DNA of 64,000 bases from Candidatus Poribacteria bacterium. GTDB taxonomy: Bacteria > Poribacteria > WGA-4E > PCPOR2b. The stretch is from the NCBI GenBank assembly GCA_965198175.1, contig OZ240245.1, forward strand, positions 3,488,001 to 3,552,000, in the 5' to 3' direction. The notes beneath the pieces are model-generated. The model saw only the letters and a list, made by a program, of their open reading frames with translations. It made no database searches and was not told where the DNA came from. This document shows positions 26,646 to 37,194 of the stretch, piece by piece. The position numbers and the translations under genes are program-made. Numbering within the stretch: the first letter of the stretch is position 1; every line of letters begins with the position of its first letter.

Positions 26646-27389
26646 TTAGTGCCCCGTCGGTCTCGTGCGGGCAAGCGTCAATACATCAACTTCAGCAGGA
26701 TTCGCAGTAAGTAGAACCTTTGAGGCTTCGTCCACCGTTGTGCCTGTTGTATAAATATCATCAACAAGTAGAATTCGTTGATTGGAGATAGTTGCTAGTG
26801 ACGGAACTTCAAAGGCGTCAGCAATGTTTTTCATCCGCTCCTCACGAGAATTCATGCTGCTTTGCGGTGCAGTGTCTTTGATACGGAAAAGAATATCCGT
26901 CCGGACTGGTACGTTCCAAATCTCTGCAATACTCTGGGCGATCCATTCAGATTGATTAAATCCTCTATCGCGGTGCCGGCGCGTATGGAGCGGTATAGGG
27001 AGCAGAAAATCATAGTCCGTTGCGGAGAGATCTGCCGGGAGATGTTCCTGTAGTAACTGATTCAGGTGTTTTGCCAGAATTCGCTTCTTGTCGTATTTGA
27101 AGAGATGAATAGCTTCACGTACAGTGGGTTCATAAAATGCGATTGCGCGGCGTTTGCCATACCGCGGCGGCTGCTTTCGACAATCTGCACAGACATCACT
27201 AGGATTTGATACACTAAAGTTAAGCGGTGTGCCGCAGAGACCACACCACGGTGTTGATAGAAACTCAATTTGTTCCCAACAGGTGTCGCAGATGTAGTGG
27301 ACTCCACCGACGCCCATTGGAATTTCGCAGCATCGACATTGCGCGGGGTAGATAAACGTGATTAGGCTTTCTAACCATCTATTCATCAC
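26646..27389 (-). CDS. comF: ComF family amidophosphoribosyltransferase-like protein
   Basis: Double zinc-ribbon CxxC pairs; RGFNQS; LLVDDIYTTGTT. Confidence 0.9.
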   Translation of the reverse strand: MMNRWLESLITFIYPAQCRCCEIPMGVGGVHYICDTCWEQIEFLSTPWCGLCGTPLNFSVSNPSDVCADCRKQPPRYGKRRAIAFYEPTVREAIHLFKYDKKRILAKHLNQLLQEHLPADLSATDYDFLLPIPLHTRRHRDRGFNQSEWIAQSIAEIWNVPVRTDILFRIKDTAPQSSMNSREERMKNIADAFEVPSLATISNQRILLVDDIYTTGTTVDEASKVLLTANPAEVDVLTLARTRPTGH

Positions 27390-27482
27390 TCGTATTTGTG
27401 CTTCGGACCAAAACTCCGGCGACGATAATCGCTACCCTGAAAAGCGGTAGAAACTTTATTCGCATCGTTCGCCGTTCTCGTT

Positions 27483-28898
27483 TTAGAACTTGAGATTCAC
27501 ACCGACCTCAATTGAAGTTTTCCGAATTGGCTCGAAGCCAACATTTCCATCCGGCTTTTCCACCTGCCGGAAGCGATACTCACGAATAACTGCCACCTCA
27601 ATTGGTGAGTACGCCTCATATCCAATCCGCACCGTGAACGCAGATTTTTCATCAAGTCGGAATAGGTCTTCGAAAAAAATTGGATCTTTACTCCCCTGCG
27701 CAGCCGGGTAATCTGGATCCGGTTCGCCGATATCGCGCTTGACATAAAACGCACGGATCGACATTTTCTCTACTAAGCCAGACTCAGTAACGCCAAGGTA
27801 TAACTTCGGCTCTGTCGCATTATAGTCTTCGAATGTGCCTAGCAGATGGACCATTGGAGTCGGTCGCCAGGCAAGCAGTGAGAAGTAGCCGCGTCCTGGC
27901 TCACCGACATTGGTGTCCGCATCCATTCCCAGAAAGTCTGGGACAACTCCCTTCGCCGCATCATAGGTATGGTCAAAAATTGTGGGTCGGAATCCCCTGT
28001 CAAAAGTCCGATACTCCACCTTGCACAGGGCTTGAAAAATCGATAAACCGATCCCGATGGCGTTTCCTCTTGTGAGTTCCATCTCGTCAGGTGTATCTGC
28101 TTTTGGTTTCGTATTGAGGAAGGCGACTTCATCGTATAGGTCTACCCGCATCAGCCTGTTGTGAATAATAGGGAGTCCAATATCAACGCCTAACGCGACG
28201 AGGGGATCTTCAACCTGATCGCCTGACGTTGGGTCAATATCTGTCAGATAGGTTCCCCCGATTTCCAGACGGCGGATAATTGACGATTCATCCTCTTTTT
28301 GCAACGGTCGAATGTATGTCCGCCCACCGAAGACTGTCGGATTGGCGAGGTTGTTAATGATGGTCTCTACCCCGAATTTCTTTGTGTCATTGCTGAGGTT
28401 CAGGCGCAAGCCACGCCGATCGTGGTTAGAATAGCCTGACATAATGAATCCATATCCAATGGTGACATAATCCAATTCCCCAAATCGGGCGTAGAACGAA
28501 TCGCTGAGATGTCCATAGCGCACATATCGGACGGTTCGCAGAAGGCTACTGAGGTTATCCCACCTCTCGGCATCCTCAACAAGGATTTTATCCTCATCAC
28601 TTTCAGCATTCGGATTATACAATAGCACAAAGCCCAACCCAAACCCAATTTTGCCAAGATTTACCTCCGGTTGCAACTGCGTTCGGATGAAAGGATCACC
28701 GTTGATGAGAGTCAATCCAACTCCCGACAGGTTAGTTTGCTGCAAGGCTCCTTCTTCCAATCCCGGCGGCACTTCGTATAACATTGCTTCCTTCTCGGCT
28801 TGCGAGGTTTCGCTCGACTCAGCTTGTCCATAGGCATAAAGCACACAACTAAGTAGCAAATTAGCGACCCAAAACACAAGACGATCGTTTCGACTCAT
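27483..28898 (-). CDS. Hypothetical exported protein, probably an outer-membrane beta-barrel
   Basis: Signal peptide, amphipathic beta pattern, C-terminal Phe. Confidence 0.6.
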   Translation of the reverse strand: MSRNDRLVFWVANLLLSCVLYAYGQAESSETSQAEKEAMLYEVPPGLEEGALQQTNLSGVGLTLINGDPFIRTQLQPEVNLGKIGFGLGFVLLYNPNAESDEDKILVEDAERWDNLSSLLRTVRYVRYGHLSDSFYARFGELDYVTIGYGFIMSGYSNHDRRGLRLNLSNDTKKFGVETIINNLANPTVFGGRTYIRPLQKEDESSIIRRLEIGGTYLTDIDPTSGDQVEDPLVALGVDIGLPIIHNRLMRVDLYDEVAFLNTKPKADTPDEMELTRGNAIGIGLSIFQALCKVEYRTFDRGFRPTIFDHTYDAAKGVVPDFLGMDADTNVGEPGRGYFSLLAWRPTPMVHLLGTFEDYNATEPKLYLGVTESGLVEKMSIRAFYVKRDIGEPDPDYPAAQGSKDPIFFEDLFRLDEKSAFTVRIGYEAYSPIEVAVIREYRFRQVEKPDGNVGFEPIRKTSIEVGVNLKF

Positions 28899-29080
28899 AG
28901 CTTATCCTTATGCCTGTATTCGAATCGCCCAGTCTATCCGGATCTCTACACCGATGATTGAAGTCCAGAAAGATGTAACCCTTAACCATCCCACGTGAGT
29001 CACGTCAAATTTTCCGGAGAAATTGATATAAGGCGTGTTAGTCTCGGAGTATTAGCAACATCACAAAACTAACCACCTAA

Positions 29081-29755
29081 TCAACTCGACACAACTCGCC
29101 CGTCCTTCATCTGGATGACCCGATCTGCATCCTGCTTTAGCCCTTCATGATGTGTCACAATCGAAATTGTTGTTTGGTGTTCCTGACGTAGTTCGCGGAT
29201 AAGATTCATTAAATTTGTACTCTGACGGCTATCAAGATTCGCCGTGGGTTCGTCAGCGAAGATGATTTTGGGGCTGTTGGCAAGCGCCCGCGCAAAGGAA
29301 ACACGCTGTTTTTCACCTCCCGAGAGTTGCGCCGGACGATGATATAAGCGCTGTTCCAACCCGACTCGCGTGAGCAACTCCTTCGCCCGCGTCTCAGCTC
29401 TGAAGCCTTTGACTCCAGCGATGTTCATGGCGACGGTTACATTTTCGATTGCGGTCAGGTAAGGGATCAGGTTAAACAATTGGAACACAAAGCCAATTTT
29501 CTCGCGACGAATGACAGAAAGATTTTGATGTTCATGGTCAATTGGCTCCCCATCAATGCAGACATCCCCTTCGCTGGGTGTGAGAATGCATCCGAGTAGG
29601 CTGATTAATGTCGTTTTGCCACAACCGCTGTCGCCCATAATCATGACCAGTTCACCCGCTTCAATCGTGATATCAACGTGGTCAACCGCGACGACAGTTG
29701 CATCGCCTTCTCCAAAGTGTCTCGTTAAGCCCTTTCCCTCTACAATTGTCCCCAT
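29081..29755 (-). CDS. ABC transporter ATP-binding protein (LolD/MacB type)
   Basis: GDSGCGKT, LSGGEKQR, FADEPT. Confidence 0.95.
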   Translation of the reverse strand: MGTIVEGKGLTRHFGEGDATVVAVDHVDITIEAGELVMIMGDSGCGKTTLISLLGCILTPSEGDVCIDGEPIDHEHQNLSVIRREKIGFVFQLFNLIPYLTAIENVTVAMNIAGVKGFRAETRAKELLTRVGLEQRLYHRPAQLSGGEKQRVSFARALANSPKIIFADEPTANLDSRQSTNLMNLIRELRQEHQTTISIVTHHEGLKQDADRVIQMKDGRVVSS

Positions 29756-30897
29756 TAAACTTCTCCTCTGAATGCGACCATCGGATCAACGGTAATTGCT
29801 TTTCGCCCAGCGAGGTAACCGCCACAACAGCAGACGATAAAGCTGACAATCGCCACGATAGCTGCTTCGACTGGATTGATTGCAACAAAGATTGGAGCGG
29901 CAGCGGCAAAGATGAACGACAGGATAAGCCCAAAAATTATCCCAATCAGCGAAGTCAAAGCGACTTGCTTGATAATTAGGGAAATTACATAGCGATTTGA
30001 AGCGCCGATGGCTTTCAGTGTGCCAAACTCCTGCGTCTTTTCAAGGGTCGTAACGTAGGTAATCATGGCAACGATGATGCCCGCGGCAAGCCACAGCATC
30101 GCGCGCAAGAATTGAACCGCCTTCATGGGCTCATCTACATAAGTGTCGAGAATGTCCTCAATTGTCTCTTGAAGCGTATGAACTTCAATCCTTTTCGCTT
30201 CTTCGTCCGATTGATCCAGGGCTTCTGCAACCCGATCGGGGTTCTTCCCCTGCGCGGATTGAGAAATGATCATATTTACATGCAGATAGTTGTCTAACAG
30301 CACATCTTGCGCTGTGCGAATATCCATAAATAACAGCGGTGTGTCAAGCACGAACATCAGGCTTTTGGTTTTGCCGACCACTTTAAGTTCATTCCCGCCG
30401 ATAGAAAGGCGTTCGCCTATTTCGAGATCCATTTTTTCATCAATGACGACCTCCGGCGGCGGGATATCTTCAGGGCGATAACCCTCGTACTGGCTCGGTG
30501 TGAACAAACGCCCTTCGACCACATGCACAGGACCGCCCAGCTTGTCTTTTTCGTACCCGACGACAATTGCTTTGCCGGTTTTGCCTTTGATAACAGGACG
30601 CGCCTGTGCAAAAACAAGCAGTGAAGCTAATTGGGGTTTCAGACCTGTTGCATGGTTGAGATAGGCAAGGTACTCGGGGTTGAGCATTGAAAACCCGATG
30701 AACGCGCCGCCAGAACCTTCAGCAGAAATCCAAATGTCCGCCCCCGTTGATTTGACATACTGCTGTGCCTGTATCCGCATGCCGTTCATGATGCCGCCCA
30801 ACATCAAAATCAGTGCAATCAGAACGGTGATACCGATCGCGGTCAGTGTCACTCGCGCTCTTCGGTAAGCCATGTCTTTCAGGAATGTGGTATTCAA
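29755..30897 (-). CDS. ABC transporter permease (MacB/FtsX type)
   Basis: 1+3 TM topology; EFGTLKAIGAS. Confidence 0.9.
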   Translation of the reverse strand: MNTTFLKDMAYRRARVTLTAIGITVLIALILMLGGIMNGMRIQAQQYVKSTGADIWISAEGSGGAFIGFSMLNPEYLAYLNHATGLKPQLASLLVFAQARPVIKGKTGKAIVVGYEKDKLGGPVHVVEGRLFTPSQYEGYRPEDIPPPEVVIDEKMDLEIGERLSIGGNELKVVGKTKSLMFVLDTPLLFMDIRTAQDVLLDNYLHVNMIISQSAQGKNPDRVAEALDQSDEEAKRIEVHTLQETIEDILDTYVDEPMKAVQFLRAMLWLAAGIIVAMITYVTTLEKTQEFGTLKAIGASNRYVISLIIKQVALTSLIGIIFGLILSFIFAAAAPIFVAINPVEAAIVAIVSFIVCCCGGYLAGRKAITVDPMVAFRGEV

Positions 30898-31592
30898 TCC
30901 TTCCCATCCTTCCGTTCTACAATTTTGAATCCAAGCTTATCCGAGTACTCGGAATACCCTTGCATAGACAGCAAGGGCTGTGCTATAAGATTGTTACCGA
31001 TCCGCGTTGAACAACAAAAACATTGGCGAAAACTGCCCAATCTGCACCTCTCAAACTTTGATGTCTGTAGTGCGTCAATCGCAGTCACCTTCAGCAGGAG
31101 GTACAATTCTTGGACATGCGTAGCGGATTATCGCTGCGAGCATCGTTGATATTGAGACATAATTTTATCACGAATCGCGCATGTGGGCAAGCGATAAAAT
31201 AGAATCGCGCAAGCTCTCTGCTACCCTCCGCTTGCCCCTTGGAAGTGATAAGGTCTCCATTTGAGATTCTTCGACTACAGTTCAGAATAACACCACTGAT
31301 GCAACGTTTCCGTTGAAACTTACCGCCTTGGATTTGCCACAAATCTTCAAACGTTGTATACACCGTACAATGCTCATTACAAATATTGTATAAAATAAAA
31401 AGGAATAAAATAAAAAAGAGAAAACAGCAGTAGTAGTTGATACAAGTAGAAGGAGCTCCCCCAAAACAATCGGGTGGCGGACGAAAGAATCAGGGGAGTG
31501 TATTCTATGAAAATAACGTCTACAAGTACTCTAATATGATAAACACGAGTCTATCGAATGTAACAGTTTTTTTAAGATAACTTGATATATTT

Positions 31593-32564
31593 TTATACTT
31601 GTGATTTTAGCTTTGCCTCAACACCTAGCGTGTAGGATTTTCCATATCTGTGAGTCACTGAGGAGATTATGTAAGAATCGTCGATACTGAGGGCAAAATC
31701 TCTGAGAGAAAGCTCTGCGCCTGCAATGACGCCCCCTCTATACGTATACGGCATACTGAAAGAGATCTTTTTTCCCCCCCTGCGTGATTCGTTATAAACA
31801 GTCTCCGCTACCATCTCCGCTGAGCTATAATCTGAGAAAGTAGTCTTTAAGATGTGAGATGGATCCTCCCCATTGCCAACACTCACAGAGGCTATCCCCC
31901 CAGTGTAATAATCTTGATATTTCGCACTCACTGTGTTGAACACCCTAAGGTCGTTTGTTCCAAAAGAAAAATCAGTAACTTCTGACTGATGGATTTCTAC
32001 TTTTTGGATCTCCTCTCCAGTGGCGGACTTCGCAGAGTCTCTTTTGATAACAGCCATAATGCCGTCATTGAACTTGAGGGCGAGATCTCTTTGATTCGTA
32101 ATCTTGAAAAGAAAGCTAGAATCTGACTCCGACATTTGGTGCGTATAGGGCATTATGATATTCCGAATTTCATCTGAGGCTGAAAGTGAGAGAGTGTGCT
32201 CCGCAGCCACTATTTCTAAAATTTTCCCTAGAGGAGTGCCCTTCTGGAAAGCTCTGTCTCTGTTCGTGCTGAAAGATTCAGGTGCTAAGTTCGTGGCGAT
32301 TCCCTTGCCCCTAATTGTCAGGATTTGGGGGGGATCAGAAAAGTTTAAAAAATCTACTGAAAAAGTCCCTATATATTCAGGCAAATCTAACCCCAGATAA
32401 ACTGATAGAATAGCCCCAGTATTTGGAAATTCCATCGAGTAGGGAAAGGGGATCATCATTGTTAAATTATCTGCTGCGTAGCCTATATTATCTTGAACAA
32501 CTATTTTTTGAATTGGAAAATCAAAAGGGTTTCCATTTGCTAGGATTTTGTGAGCTAATCGCAT
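31593..32564 (-). CDS. Phage late control gene D (GPD)-like baseplate hub/tail protein
   Basis: AADNL, V.LG, LTIRGK, HQMSESDSSFL, V.AKY.D, I..VTH layout typical of GPD. Confidence 0.75.
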   Translation of the reverse strand: MRLAHKILANGNPFDFPIQKIVVQDNIGYAADNLTMMIPFPYSMEFPNTGAILSVYLGLDLPEYIGTFSVDFLNFSDPPQILTIRGKGIATNLAPESFSTNRDRAFQKGTPLGKILEIVAAEHTLSLSASDEIRNIIMPYTHQMSESDSSFLFKITNQRDLALKFNDGIMAVIKRDSAKSATGEEIQKVEIHQSEVTDFSFGTNDLRVFNTVSAKYQDYYTGGIASVSVGNGEDPSHILKTTFSDYSSAEMVAETVYNESRRGGKKISFSMPYTYRGGVIAGAELSLRDFALSIDDSYIISSVTHRYGKSYTLGVEAKLKSQV

Positions 32565-32693
32565 GTTTTAAATCTCCTTGTTTTTACTTCTATTATTAAG
32601 CCGCCCTTCCCTTTGGTTGGGCGTCTCTTAAAACTAATGATCAGGTCCTTAAATACTTAATACTTAAAAACCCCTCCCCTTGTGAACATTTGG

Positions 32694-33809
32694 CTAAGGT
32701 AACATTTTTAGAATTTTGCTAGTGTGTTGACGTGAGATCCCTGAGTGTTTTGAGATGTTTTTAATGTTCGGTTTTATGTTCAATTCCTCACAGAGACAGA
32801 TCGCCCACTGAATCTTTTCGATGTTGTTTTCACGTCTTTTTAAGGCTGAAAGAGATTGTCGATCCCGTTGTATCTCTGAGAAGTTATCTTTGTAGGTTCC
32901 CTGAGTATCATTCCATGCCTTGTTGAGAGTCAAAAGTTTGTATCTTTTAGATTTTTTAAACCAAGTTGATTTGCTTTTCCTGAGTATTTGATTAGCTATC
33001 GAAAAGGCGATGTTCTTGTCAGTTTTAAAACTTTCAGATTTCAAGTAGAAAAAAGCCTTGAGACAAATAGAAAAATCAACAGATGATAAAGCTTTATCCT
33101 CTCCTTGTGATTTTCCATCCATGAGTTTTGTAAACTTATCTCCTCTCTCATTATAGAGATATTTCAAGGTCTTTTTTACTTCTGTGGAGTCTACGTCAAG
33201 GAATTGAAGATCTGTCTCAGAGGTCTCAGGGAAGGTCTTATTTTGAGGGCAATCTTTCTCAGGTAAGGTCTCAGGTATTGGAAATGAATCACAGAAAGGG
33301 TTCAAATAGATATTTTCATCTAAAGAAAAATAACACAGTTGGGAAAGGGCAGATGCTGCGTCAACTTGACTCTCAGGAAAAATCTCTTTAGATAGTAATT
33401 TATAAACCCCTGAATGATTCTCTTTTGTTGTTGGTTTGTCAATTTTGCAAAATACCTTAACGCCATCTCCTCTGAGGGATTTCTCCGCTGCAAATACAAA
33501 GGAGATTCTTGATGCTTTTTCCTTGAAGGTATCAACACGATCACCTAGCCGATCGACATCTAAACAAACCAATCTGGAGTGTCTTTTTAACCCTCTATTA
33601 TTTCTTGGATCAAAAACACCTGAAGTAGTAAAAAGAGGGATCAACCCCTCTCTTTGTTTCTTATATTCGTCGAGAGGCAAATCTCTTATTTTCTTTATAT
33701 CGTTTTTGATTTCTATGGGGAAGTTTTGGCTGAGTATCTTGTCAATGGGTAGTTCATCTGACGGGCGGGTTGTTTTTACGTTTTCAAATCTTGAAACGAT
33801 CGGAAACAT
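32694..33809 (-). CDS. BT4734/VirE-N type primase-like replication protein with C-terminal helical/HTH region
   Basis: PLFTTSGVF, LVCLDVD, SLRGDGVK, LCYFSLDENIYLN; C-terminal ISKHSGISRQHTSKIL. Confidence 0.7.
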   Translation of the reverse strand: MFPIVSRFENVKTTRPSDELPIDKILSQNFPIEIKNDIKKIRDLPLDEYKKQREGLIPLFTTSGVFDPRNNRGLKRHSRLVCLDVDRLGDRVDTFKEKASRISFVFAAEKSLRGDGVKVFCKIDKPTTKENHSGVYKLLSKEIFPESQVDAASALSQLCYFSLDENIYLNPFCDSFPIPETLPEKDCPQNKTFPETSETDLQFLDVDSTEVKKTLKYLYNERGDKFTKLMDGKSQGEDKALSSVDFSICLKAFFYLKSESFKTDKNIAFSIANQILRKSKSTWFKKSKRYKLLTLNKAWNDTQGTYKDNFSEIQRDRQSLSALKRRENNIEKIQWAICLCEELNIKPNIKNISKHSGISRQHTSKILKMLP

Positions 33810-34017
33810 TGGACTCTCTCTCTCTGAATCCCCGAAGTTTTAAAAAATAGGAGAGGAGAGGGGCATCTCAAACCCCTCTCAACCCTTGAGATGTTCTGAG
33901 AGGATTCAATGTTACTAAAATAATAAGCGTTTCCGATGGTTATGTAATCTTTTTATGCCTAAGAATCGCTCAGGGTGCTTTCGTTTAGTCTCTTGAGTAT
34001 CAAAACCCATTTGATAT

Positions 34018-34187
34018 GAACTATCGCACCTGTGGCGAATTTGGACGCTTGGATCACCTCCTCAGTGTTATGTACGTTTGATAGAGAAAATCTCAGAGTA
34101 TTCAGTTTATCGTAAATCTCCTATGCCTTACGCTTCCTCTCTCACAGCCCCATGAATAGCCCAAAATTGCCTCAGGTGCGATAGTTC
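34018..34187. mobile_element. MITE-like non-autonomous element
   Basis: Terminal inverted repeats GAACTATCGCACCTG / CAGGTGCGATAGTTC (imperfect to ~29 bp); no internal ORF. Confidence 0.65.
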
Positions 34188-34234
34188 CCTATGGGTTGAT
34201 TTCTATCGCTTGGAATTGAAATTTGAGAGGAAAT

Positions 34235-34263
34235 AAAAAAGGCGAGGGTTATTAGCCCCCGCC
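34235..34263 (-). terminator. Intrinsic terminator downstream of 34309-35028
   Basis: GC hairpin followed by a T-run on the minus strand. Confidence 0.5.
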
Positions 34264-34308
34264 TCTTTCTAGTTAATGCTATGAACCTATCGGGTTTGCT
34301 GAACAGAA

Positions 34309-35028
34309 CTAATCAAACCTAGCGTATATTTGAATGAGGTCATCGCCGACAGGATCCCAGTGCTGCAGGTAATGAGGACGTATTGTTCCTCCATCCAAAA
34401 AATCAAATCCGAATACACAGGACTCAACTTTTGTTAAATTTCGCAGATTCCGCTTAGCAAACTCATGCCAATCTTTGATGTCGTCTACCTTTTTGTTCAT
34501 GTGATGAATGTCATTCCTGTAACTTCTATAGATAGCCTTAGACGCAGTAACTGATTCATCGTTGAGTAGGTTTCTCTGCCTAAGTTTGTCGATAGTGTCT
34601 GTCAGGTCTTCTTCCGAACCCCGTGCAATGTTATTGCGTTCTACCACAAATTTGATAAGGGCTTCATTGAGGGGGTGAGTCATCATGGTACACGCTATAA
34701 AATTGCCAGATCGATAGGTTTCAATACACTCGGCAGATGCCTTAGAGAAGTGCTGTGCACCGATTATAGGGTGCTGTTTAATCTCGAAATAAAGTTCAAG
34801 TCTCCATGTAAGTAGCTCATCAGAAACTGATTGCAAATAGGGGTTGTACATGATTGATGCTGCAATCTCGAATCGCTTCTCTGGTGGCATGTTCTTATAG
34901 TATTCATCAAGATCTTCATGTGTCGCCAACACCTCCCGTGCAGTTTGCAACACGTTGATACTGGACTCCTGTGGGATTGAATCAAAGTCTGAGTCTGAGG
35001 TTTGGGATTGTTCTTCAGTTTCACTCAT
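34309..35028 (-). CDS. Hypothetical protein (possible HEPN/DUF4145-like)
   Basis: 239 aa, AGGAG RBS, helical, RNDIHH motif (RxxxxH). Confidence 0.6.
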   Translation of the reverse strand: MSETEEQSQTSDSDFDSIPQESSINVLQTAREVLATHEDLDEYYKNMPPEKRFEIAASIMYNPYLQSVSDELLTWRLELYFEIKQHPIIGAQHFSKASAECIETYRSGNFIACTMMTHPLNEALIKFVVERNNIARGSEEDLTDTIDKLRQRNLLNDESVTASKAIYRSYRNDIHHMNKKVDDIKDWHEFAKRNLRNLTKVESCVFGFDFLDGGTIRPHYLQHWDPVGDDLIQIYARFD

Positions 35029-35347
35029 TGACTTTATCTCCTGCGTATTTGGACGCCTCTAGATTTGTCTAAATTATATCCCGAATTGCCCCCAGAGACA
35101 ACCCTTCACAAGATAGAATTAGAGAATTGCGCAAAATTTGAGGTAACTTTCAAATTTGATGTACAGCATGTCTGGTTTGGGTTCAAGTGACAATCTCACC
35201 GATAAACTTGCTGCCCGCCTTTTTATTTCTACTCCAAAGCATACATTGAGCAACTCCGCACGGTCACCCCCGCTTCGCCCACAGTTAGCACAGGTGCGTT
35301 AGTTATGTCTCATTGGATATACTCTCATTTCTCCCTAATATTGCCGA

Positions 35348-35381
35348 GAATAGCCCAAATTCCAATCAGGTGCGATAGTTC
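35348..35381. repeat. Third copy of the MITE right end
   Basis: GAATAGCCCAAATTCCAATCAGGTGCGATAGTTC is near-identical to 34154-34187. Confidence 0.7.
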
Positions 35382-35535
35382 AGTAAAAGGTTTAGCACCT
35401 GCGGACAATGGTTCAACTAAAAGGTAAGAAATAGCCTAATTGAATTACGGTCAATGAACTAGCAAACATAGTCACATGAGTAGCACAAGAAAGAGCCCAT
35501 GGACTGCCCCAATGAATGTCATGTAGTCCGTTGAG

Positions 35536-36399
35536 TTATATACTCTTACCTTCATGATTTTCGATGACCTTCATGGTTGGTAGTAATTCTAAAGTAAGCA
35601 AATTAGCCCAATGTATAGCGTAAATCGTAGGTTTTAAATCTAGCAATTCAAAAGCATCCTTTATGGTTAAACCAAATTCTTTACATTGGTCTCGGGATAA
35701 CCGTCGTTCGTGCACTTTCATTTTGGATGGGTCTGTTAGTATGTTCGCTATTTTGCGCGCCTCGTCTTCCTTACCTTTCAGCATGTTGTTTTTCAAAGAT
35801 TCTGTTACTATTTCTCTAGCCCATTCAATTGCTTTTTCAGATTTGTAAATGTCGCCAGGCTGATATTTTTTGAGGATATGCTTCCATGCAAATCTAGCAT
35901 TTGGACCCAAGGTAATATCATTCTTCGCTTGGTTAAATTCCTCAATAATGCCGTAGGCGGGTACTGAAACACCATCAATATACATTTGAGGATCTACAGG
36001 ACCTAAACTAGACTGGCTACCCATGATAATCTCTTTACATGCACACACAATCATTGTGCCTGCTGACATGGCATAATGCATTACAAACGCTCGAATGTCC
36101 TTACCATATATTTGTCGAAGAAAACTGATAATAGATTCAGCAGTGGAAATACTTCCTCCACTTGTATGTAGAAATAAATCTAGTCCATCGCCATGAGCCA
36201 GACCTCGCGTTAATGTCATAAATGCGCTTATGTCTTTTTCATTTATGCCACTGGCTGAATAATAGGTGACGACGTTGCGCCCTGTTAGTTCATGGAGTTT
36301 TTTAAGATATTTGTTCCGAAGCTGTTTGCATGCTTCATCATCCGATATAGAGCGAGGTATTTTATCAAACTCGTCCTGAATTTCAATCCAATCTGACAT
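35536..36399 (-). CDS. ClpP-like (SDH/S49 family) serine peptidase
   Basis: LDLFLHTSGG, AMSAGTMI, LGPVDPQ. Confidence 0.85.
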   Translation of the reverse strand: MSDWIEIQDEFDKIPRSISDDEACKQLRNKYLKKLHELTGRNVVTYYSASGINEKDISAFMTLTRGLAHGDGLDLFLHTSGGSISTAESIISFLRQIYGKDIRAFVMHYAMSAGTMIVCACKEIIMGSQSSLGPVDPQMYIDGVSVPAYGIIEEFNQAKNDITLGPNARFAWKHILKKYQPGDIYKSEKAIEWAREIVTESLKNNMLKGKEDEARKIANILTDPSKMKVHERRLSRDQCKEFGLTIKDAFELLDLKPTIYAIHWANLLTLELLPTMKVIENHEGKSI

Positions 36400-36445
36400 T
36401 GAGTTTTATCCTTAGTTGATATTTTAATTGCAGAGTGTTATTCTT

Positions 36446-36886
36446 TCACATCCTACCAATGATGCCTGGTAGTGACGTTACCCCAATCGCGACGCATAGG
36501 AGGCAAAACATCATTATTCCTGCTATCACTAGATAAATCACGAACATTACAGTGAATAGGGCTTGGGAGTTCCATGTGATGTTGTTTCGTTCTCTATAAT
36601 ATTTCAAATGCGAGTCAAATTGTAAAATTTCCTCTAACTTGCGAATCCTACAAAAACGAATGTGTAATTTTTGCATATAGATGTGGGACGACAAATACCA
36701 GAATGTCATCAATACCATACCTCCAATCGGATACAACAATTTGTATTTTCCCGATAAGGTCAATGCAACAATCGATAACGGAAGTAAAATAGATGTTAAT
36801 CGCGAGCGCATTTGGTCGTCATGCCTCCAACAGAGACCTAGTTCCTTGTATTCCTCCAAATATAATTGCTTTTCCTTTTCCGTCAT
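36446..36886 (-). CDS. Hypothetical membrane protein
   Basis: About 3 hydrophobic segments; frame extends 16 codons upstream to an ATT preceded by an RBS. Confidence 0.6.
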   Translation of the reverse strand: MTEKEKQLYLEEYKELGLCWRHDDQMRSRLTSILLPLSIVALTLSGKYKLLYPIGGMVLMTFWYLSSHIYMQKLHIRFCRIRKLEEILQFDSHLKYYRERNNITWNSQALFTVMFVIYLVIAGIMMFCLLCVAIGVTSLPGIIGRM

Positions 36887-37194
36887 TGGCTCACTACTAT
36901 TTTTTCCGTTGGGCTGTTCTTCAGATTGACTAATTGTCTTTTTCTCCTGCGTATTAGGACGCCTCCAGATTTGACTACATTATACCATATTTCCCCCGTA
37001 TATTCACCGAGAAGGACGGGCTTTATTGCTAAGGCGAGAACTTACAAATGTGGCAGGCAAACTTCAATCGGCAATTAGTCAACCATTAAGATCCACCCAC
37101 AGCATATCATCTGGTATTGCACAGTAGAAATTCACACATTAGTTCGCAATAGCAACCGTTTTGTTTGATAATATAAACCTCACTGTGATACAAT

